A stretch of DNA of 64,000 nucleotides, taken from IMG/VR virus record IMGVR_UViG_3300027752_000013, positions 2,850 to 66,849 of that record. One strand, given 5' to 3'. Positions within the stretch are counted from its first letter, which is position 1; every line of letters begins with the position of its first letter. Under the pieces are notes generated by a model. The model was given only the letters and a program-made list of their open reading frames with translations. It was not told the origin of the DNA and made no database searches. This DNA is from a virus. Taxonomy: Duplodnaviria; Caudoviricetes. Of this stretch, positions 58,801 to 64,000 are shown piece by piece. Position numbers and translations under genes: made by a program.

Positions 58801-61800
58801 AATGCTGATGGTACTGATAATGTTCATAGTGATAGTTATTTTTTATCACCTGGAAAAGACAATCCACGTAGTTCAAATATATCAGGACATTATGGTGCAT
58901 TAAAGTTTAACTTTGATAATCAGTACGGTCAACTATCCGGTATAAAACAAATACCCATGAGAGGTTGTGTTGAATTACTAGATCCTGAAAAACCTCTAGC
59001 CTATTTATATTCTTCTCAACCAATATTTGCAGGGGATACATTTGTTGGAAGATATACTGAAAAAAATATTATGCCTATATATACTAGGTATTTATTAGGT
59101 CAACCCGATGGGTTCACATTTGATTATGCTTTGTATGTAAATATACCATACCCAAGATATTGGATGAATTCACAAAGGTTTGATATAACTAACTTAGCTA
59201 GAGCAATATCAAGTTTAGGTCTCTCAGGTATATTTGGTGGATGGGATGATATAGTTCCAAATGATTTATACTATCTAGACAGGGGAGAAAACTCATGTAG
59301 TGATATGTTTGATGCATCTACATGGAATGGTGATGATCCTAATGGTTTCTTTGAAATGAGATATGCATATGGATATACACATACTAATGGTATATTAGAT
59401 TTTTATACTGAGTCAGATGTAAATTTAGCTAATAGAGATTGGGAAGATGAACCTAAGAAAAGAATATATGAACCATATGATTACAATGATGTAGATGAAT
59501 TGTTTCATGCAAAAATTGAGAAGGCAGATAACTTTTACAAATATGATGACTCATTAAGCCCAAGCAAGTTTCCTACACAAATGACAAGCTTTGGTTTATT
59601 ACAACCTTTGGATTATGATCCAATAACAGCTGAAGAGTGTTTTGTAAATTATCCTAAAAGATTAATATATTCACTACAAGCTCAAGAAGAATCTAAGAAA
59701 GATTTCTGGAGAGTGTTTTTACAAAATAATTATAAAGACTTTAAGAATGATGTTAGTGTAATTAAACCTATAAATAAAAATGGTGCATTAATATTTTTCC
59801 CTCACTTATCTCCTCAAATGTTTCAAGGTCTTGATACATTGAAGACTCAATTAAATACAAAACTTACAATAGGTGATGGAGGATTATTTAGTCAACCATT
59901 TCAAAATGTTGCTAATGCAGATTTATCAAATGAGTATGGCTCATCAGAAAGTTTAAGAGGTGTAATAAATACTCCATTAGGTTTATTTTTTATATCTCAA
60001 GCACAAGGTAAAATATTCCAATATGGTGGTAAAGGTTTAGACCCTATATCTAATCAAGGTATGAAATGGTGGTTTGCAAAATATTTACCATCTAAATTTA
60101 TAAAACAATTCCCTAACTCTGAAAAATCTGTTTGGTCAGATAATCCAGTTGCAGGAGTTGGATGTCATGTTATTTATGATTCAGTAGATGACATAGTATA
60201 TTTTATGAAAAAAGATTACCAGCTTAAACCACAATATATAGCAGGAGCTGAATTCATAAATAGCATAACTAAGCCAGTTACAATTACTTTAGGTGGTTTA
60301 CGCATTCCTGTAGACATAGGTGATCCAATATATTTTGATGATTGTTCATGGACTGTATCATATGATCCAAAAGCAAAAGCTTGGATATCTTTTCATGATT
60401 GGCATCCAGGGTTGGCATTGCCTAGTATTAATCATTTCTTTACAACTAATCAATTTGAAGATTTAGATAATCCACAGTGTCCACCAGGTTATACATTTAA
60501 TCCAGTAAATGGTTTATGTGAAATAAGTATAAACGAAACAGAATTATCAGAAGTAACTGTAGATAATATTGCAGCCACTGTTACAGGCGGTGCAACAAAT
60601 TGTTTATTGGATATTGTTATTGCAATGGATGTATCAGGAAGTACTACACCAGCTGGTCCTCCACAATATATTCCTATGCAGTTTATTGGAGGAAATCAAG
60701 TTCCCGGTACAGGAGTCATGGGAGATACACAAAACGCAACTGCACAACTACGTTGGTTAGATGTATTTATGAATAGCCCTGAAGTAACAACCGCATTGGC
60801 TGCAGGCACAATGCAAATAGGTACTACAATGTGGGCAAACAATAGCACTCAACTACTTCAGGGTACAGTAAGTATGAGTAATACAGCAACAGGTGTATCA
60901 CTATGTAATCTGTATACTGCAGCTTGGCCTGGTGGTGGGGGTACTAATGCTGATAATGCTATTTTTGGTTCTGGAGGAGTTAACAATCCTTTAGGAGGTA
61001 ATGGAGGGTTAGCAATGCTAAACAATAAAGCTGCTTCTAGCTTGAGTGCAAGTTACCCAGCAAGAACACAAGACCCTAGTTTTAAGCAAATTTTAATTGT
61101 TGTAACAGATGGAACAGCAGGAACTCAAGCAACTCAAACTGCAAACGGTACACCTCAATATCAATCACCTCTTATTGCTTCAGGTTCACAGCCAAATGCT
61201 AATACTGGTAATTGGGCATCTGGAGCAAATCAATCAGCATTGATAGATTTGCAAGATAGTCAGAAGCAAGAAATTTATGCTGTTTATTGTGGATCAACTA
61301 ATCCAGTACCAGGTACTTCTGCATTATTAGATAGTATTAGTAATTCAACATATAATGCTGGACCGGGCCCAAATCAATATACAATGGCAGCTAATAATAA
61401 TAATTCATTGCTGGTTTCAGCAACAGCAATAGCTGGTGATGTTTGTTCTACACCTTTTGTATGTGAATGCCCTACAGGTTACACACTAGTTTACCCTGAC
61501 CCAACTACATCAACATATAGTTCAGCTACTGGTACATGTACTGATGATCCAGTTGAAAGACCTATATGTAGAAAAGTAGAATGTGAATGTCCACCGGCTA
61601 CAGTACCTGGGACAGTTATAACAGAGCTAGGAACTTGTCCAGACAGTGCACCATTGATTTATCAAATTGGTGATCCTAATTTTGTACAAACTGATCCTGC
61701 TCAATGTAATTATTTTTATTACGTAAGTACACAAGCTAATTATGTATATGGTGGTATTTGGAGACATAATGTACGTTGTGATTCATTTGCTAATTATTAT

Positions 61801-62367
61801 ACTACAGATTACCCATGGGAGATTGATTTAATTTCTAACACTGGCCAATCAGTAAATACAATAAGAAGTTTTGAATATCAATTAGAAACTTATGTATATA
61901 AAGGAGATCCACAATACAATATGTGTGGTGGTGATAAGTGGGAAGATTTAGATTTTAATTTTGATGCTTCTATTATATATAACAATGATCAGGTTTCAGG
62001 TTTATTAGTGTTAAATCCACAACCTGTAAATAACCCTTGGAATAATTTAACTTATCCAATAGTAAATCTAAATAGTATAGATGTATTAGTATCTAAAGTA
62101 GAACACAAATTTAGGTTTAATCAGTTTTGGGATATAACTAATGATAGAGGAGAATTTACAAATGTTGAGCAATCAATATTTAATACAGAGTCTAATGGTT
62201 ATATTAGACCATTAAATACTCTTAATTTAAATTATCAAAAATCACCTACACAACGTAAAAAGTTTAGACACTATTCTAATAATTTAATTTTACGTAGGAA
62301 TGTATCAGGAAACAGAAAGATGTTATTGAGATTAAATAATACTAAACTTTTACTATCACAAAGATAA
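55858..62367 (+). CDS. Tail stabilization/muzzle protein with inserted vWA and Cys-rich modules
   Basis: NSFTKGMNKD start, YWDDGNNPSR, RDEQYAF, WTVSYDP..KAWISFHDW; vWA DVSGS...IVVTDG at about 60600-61450. Confidence 0.8.
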   Translation: MAKKKSSSPRGTQGQGSSSVNTNSFTKGMNKDVTPSFESKESWWHARNVANNSEDGDLGIIGNEPSNLLCGVIPYTVIGAIHRYGDEWIIYSTDNINSEIGTFDDSECKYTALVNDQCLNFNKKFLITGASKENFDCTWQVYWDDGNNPSRTLNIDKIPWKQEQITGPDINGSDCVEFADIIPRTLNCEKIRLAPLVDTPCVEITQSVDSGQVANGAYQAFIAYTENEQKVGDYIGISNIQTIFSHLGTNGSLDISVSNLDEKYDYYELVILRRNQGQTSAKKIGLYSTQQKKINIDYIDEALVAIDLVQIPLMSPAYEKSESMFVVNDWLIRQGPVEQFDFNYQPIANDIKVEWVTNSVPSNYYHKGGNKYNFLRDEQYAFFIRWIYNTGERSSSYHIPGRAPEVVNIGGVPYNEDQLFSGDNVLNTVDGEKLFKVYNTATVESTAVSQLPDGSTITSRGKMGFWESTERYPNEPDIWGDLCGEFIRHHKMPTEETGPTLALSNTGDDLINLLGVQFNNIGRPKYNDGTYIPNVVGYELLKGSRLGAKSILGKGLFRNMRKYKVPNPEDLIGNGVQGLYPNHPYNDLRPDVYFQNGTNDKLTNGCDNFGDSIDRFKPLGFAGIVDGEQSGYSQSVFTFSSPDLNFTKPFLNAYETRLYGQISGRSSGYFIPSEDHPKQKIIRGIAAFASAIIGFGYAIHQLRGTTGRNATSNSTNLSSVTGEGIEIDGKRRRGGQLSVTTASIPPVVVLGTQESGGEISGGQWQQPWDSRFDDYIDAARNEAIRSGEDSGTLMNASGTIDLGPESGAQGGFGLAGLADLYAGASGTDNAEQRNADNNAKDGAIPGVQSGKVETTKLKDTNISNLPRFLRIATNILSMQTNIAIAGNEIIDGFYNSTDFRDYMWKYNSDGQFTDFTPVSSGLWRIKNEDSNYIGSSFQTFDNGKYKINNLFRPNTVAVSLSKNIDDPTVEDNSRFVVGGSVNADGTDNVHSDSYFLSPGKDNPRSSNISGHYGALKFNFDNQYGQLSGIKQIPMRGCVELLDPEKPLAYLYSSQPIFAGDTFVGRYTEKNIMPIYTRYLLGQPDGFTFDYALYVNIPYPRYWMNSQRFDITNLARAISSLGLSGIFGGWDDIVPNDLYYLDRGENSCSDMFDASTWNGDDPNGFFEMRYAYGYTHTNGILDFYTESDVNLANRDWEDEPKKRIYEPYDYNDVDELFHAKIEKADNFYKYDDSLSPSKFPTQMTSFGLLQPLDYDPITAEECFVNYPKRLIYSLQAQEESKKDFWRVFLQNNYKDFKNDVSVIKPINKNGALIFFPHLSPQMFQGLDTLKTQLNTKLTIGDGGLFSQPFQNVANADLSNEYGSSESLRGVINTPLGLFFISQAQGKIFQYGGKGLDPISNQGMKWWFAKYLPSKFIKQFPNSEKSVWSDNPVAGVGCHVIYDSVDDIVYFMKKDYQLKPQYIAGAEFINSITKPVTITLGGLRIPVDIGDPIYFDDCSWTVSYDPKAKAWISFHDWHPGLALPSINHFFTTNQFEDLDNPQCPPGYTFNPVNGLCEISINETELSEVTVDNIAATVTGGATNCLLDIVIAMDVSGSTTPAGPPQYIPMQFIGGNQVPGTGVMGDTQNATAQLRWLDVFMNSPEVTTALAAGTMQIGTTMWANNSTQLLQGTVSMSNTATGVSLCNLYTAAWPGGGGTNADNAIFGSGGVNNPLGGNGGLAMLNNKAASSLSASYPARTQDPSFKQILIVVTDGTAGTQATQTANGTPQYQSPLIASGSQPNANTGNWASGANQSALIDLQDSQKQEIYAVYCGSTNPVPGTSALLDSISNSTYNAGPGPNQYTMAANNNNSLLVSATAIAGDVCSTPFVCECPTGYTLVYPDPTTSTYSSATGTCTDDPVERPICRKVECECPPATVPGTVITELGTCPDSAPLIYQIGDPNFVQTDPAQCNYFYYVSTQANYVYGGIWRHNVRCDSFANYYTTDYPWEIDLISNTGQSVNTIRSFEYQLETYVYKGDPQYNMCGGDKWEDLDFNFDASIIYNNDQVSGLLVLNPQPVNNPWNNLTYPIVNLNSIDVLVSKVEHKFRFNQFWDITNDRGEFTNVEQSIFNTESNGYIRPLNTLNLNYQKSPTQRKKFRHYSNNLILRRNVSGNRKMLLRLNNTKLLLSQR

Positions 62368-64000
62368 TGGCACATAAAAAGAAGATAGGCTTACCGGGAG
62401 GACCAAATGAAATAATTGTTGATCCAAAAGGGCAATGGAATCATCCAGGAAAAAATACACGGATTGAAAGTAATCACATTACTATGCAAGATGTGCCATA
62501 TCCAGTATGGGCTCAACCTAATGTTGGTCCAGGAACAATGATGATGCCAGGTAGTGAACACCATTTTAAAAATGCAAATTATGTAGATGAATATCCTATG
62601 GCTCAAGATGGTACAGAAATACCAGATGAAGCTGCAGTACCTAATAAAAGTTTTTTATATGATCTTGAAAAATTAATTAATACATCATTAGGTGATATAA
62701 ATAACAAAGCTAAGAATTTTTCTGAGAATAATGAAGAGTTAAATAATACAGATAATATGAGACATGCTTCAGGAGGCAGATATGCTGCAGAAGCAATTCA
62801 ACAAAAGGTTAGAGATATACCTTACGTAGGTGGTCTATTAGATTTTGTAGGTGTAGACAAAGCAGCTGGTTTTGTAGGTGCTAATGTAATGGGTATAGGG
62901 CATGAGTTAAGAACTATATTTGGTGGAGATGAAAGACCATTCTTGGCAAAGCTTCAAGAAATGGGAGAAGACACATTTAATAATTATGTTGGGTCAATTG
63001 TAGGGTCATTGGGTATAGATGATTCTAAAAAAGATGAAGTAATAAGGTATTTATCATATAACAATCTTTTACCAGACGGATATGTAAGAACTGAGCAAGG
63101 AAAAAAAGATGGCCTTTCTGAAGATATATATTTTAAAGATGAAGATGGAAAAAGAAAAACAGCCTATCAACGTGGTGGTGGATTACTAGACAAAACCATG
63201 AAGTGCAACAGCTGTGGTTGGGAATGGAAAGCTGCTGATGGTGGATCTGATATAGACACATGTCACAAATGTGGAGGCAAAGCTTTAGCTAAAGCTCAAA
63301 CTGGTACGGAAAAGAACTTTAGAGATTTTGAAGGTGTTCCTTTATTAAGTTCCTTAGTTGCAGGAGATATTCCGGGTGACCAACATCATAAAAGTAGATT
63401 GGCTGATTTATATAGATACTATGCAGGTAGAACATTAGAAGATGATATTCTTGAAGTTAGTAATACAAAACCTACAAAAGCAAAAGATACTGATGTTAAA
63501 TATATATCTCTAAATAAAAATCAACAACTTGTTCAAGAAGTTATAGATAATTATAATAGAGTTAGTACTGGAAATTTTTATACTAATAAAACCAGACCTG
63601 ATTTAATAATGAGTGCAGATGATAATGAAATACAATTAGATACAAATAATTATAAAGTTACAGGTTATAAAGAAGTAGATGATATTGATGATCATCAATT
63701 AAATGCTATTGGTAATTATTTTACAGGATTAGGAGAAGATGATAATGGTACATATATATCTTATTATGATAAGTTTGACCAAGCTGGAGGTTTAGGTGGT
63801 AGTATAAACTTTGGTGAGGTATTAGGTTTAACTAAACCTTTTGAAATATATGATAGAATATATGTGGAAAAAGATAGTGAGACAGGAAAATATATTCAAA
63901 AGAAACAAGACGGTGGACAGCCTACACAACCTGAAACATGGCAAGATACAATTAACTATATTGATCAAGAAAAATTAAAAAGAGCAATTGCTCAGGCAGA
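62367..64000 (+). CDS. Modular putative virion cargo protein, truncated by the window end (not in ORF track)
   Basis: ATG 62367 coupled to the upstream TAA; frame read open to 64000; domains separated by xQxG(G) linkers. Confidence 0.8.
   Translation, partial: MAHKKKIGLPGGPNEIIVDPKGQWNHPGKNTRIESNHITMQDVPYPVWAQPNVGPGTMMMPGSEHHFKNANYVDEYPMAQDGTEIPDEAAVPNKSFLYDLEKLINTSLGDINNKAKNFSENNEELNNTDNMRHASGGRYAAEAIQQKVRDIPYVGGLLDFVGVDKAAGFVGANVMGIGHELRTIFGGDERPFLAKLQEMGEDTFNNYVGSIVGSLGIDDSKKDEVIRYLSYNNLLPDGYVRTEQGKKDGLSEDIYFKDEDGKRKTAYQRGGGLLDKTMKCNSCGWEWKAADGGSDIDTCHKCGGKALAKAQTGTEKNFRDFEGVPLLSSLVAGDIPGDQHHKSRLADLYRYYAGRTLEDDILEVSNTKPTKAKDTDVKYISLNKNQQLVQEVIDNYNRVSTGNFYTNKTRPDLIMSADDNEIQLDTNNYKVTGYKEVDDIDDHQLNAIGNYFTGLGEDDNGTYISYYDKFDQAGGLGGSINFGEVLGLTKPFEIYDRIYVEKDSETGKYIQKKQDGGQPTQPETWQDTINYIDQEKLKRAIAQA

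Noticed and set aside
1-64000. Stop-codon reassignment as in some gut crAss-like phages
   Set aside because: Long genes are intact in code 11, TAG and TGA end genes at sensible positions (portal and MCP end in TAG), and no suppressor tRNA was seen

Overview
A 64-kb segment of an AT-rich (about 30-35% GC by eye) lytic podovirus genome of the crAss-like (Crassvirales-related) type. The host is most likely an environmental Bacteroidota/Flavobacteriia bacterium: TAnnTTTG promoters, no Shine-Dalgarno motifs, and a Bacteroidota-type lipoprotein signal. The standard genetic code is used. Two arms diverge from a structured non-coding zone at about 20.3-21.7 kb. The left arm (minus strand, 1-21.2 kb) carries small early genes, two tRNAs and a replication/repair module (SF2 helicase, UDG, DnaB, Sak4-like ATPase, SSB-like protein, primase, RusA-like resolvase). 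It ends in a MoxR AAA+/metallopeptidase-vWA cassette flanked by three proteins sharing a helical motif, then a PD-(D/E)XK nuclease. The right arm (plus strand, 21.7-64 kb) encodes amidase, GroES, terminase, portal, major capsid, ring/tail proteins, tail fibres, a muzzle protein with an inserted vWA domain, and the start of a modular cargo protein. Most notable: repeated GGGAGCAGA + 7-bp GGAA-loop hairpins with N4-like virion-RNAP promoter geometry, several candidate structured RNAs among early genes, and the multi-partner MoxR/vWA cassette. All calls come from motif recognition by eye; no database searches were run.
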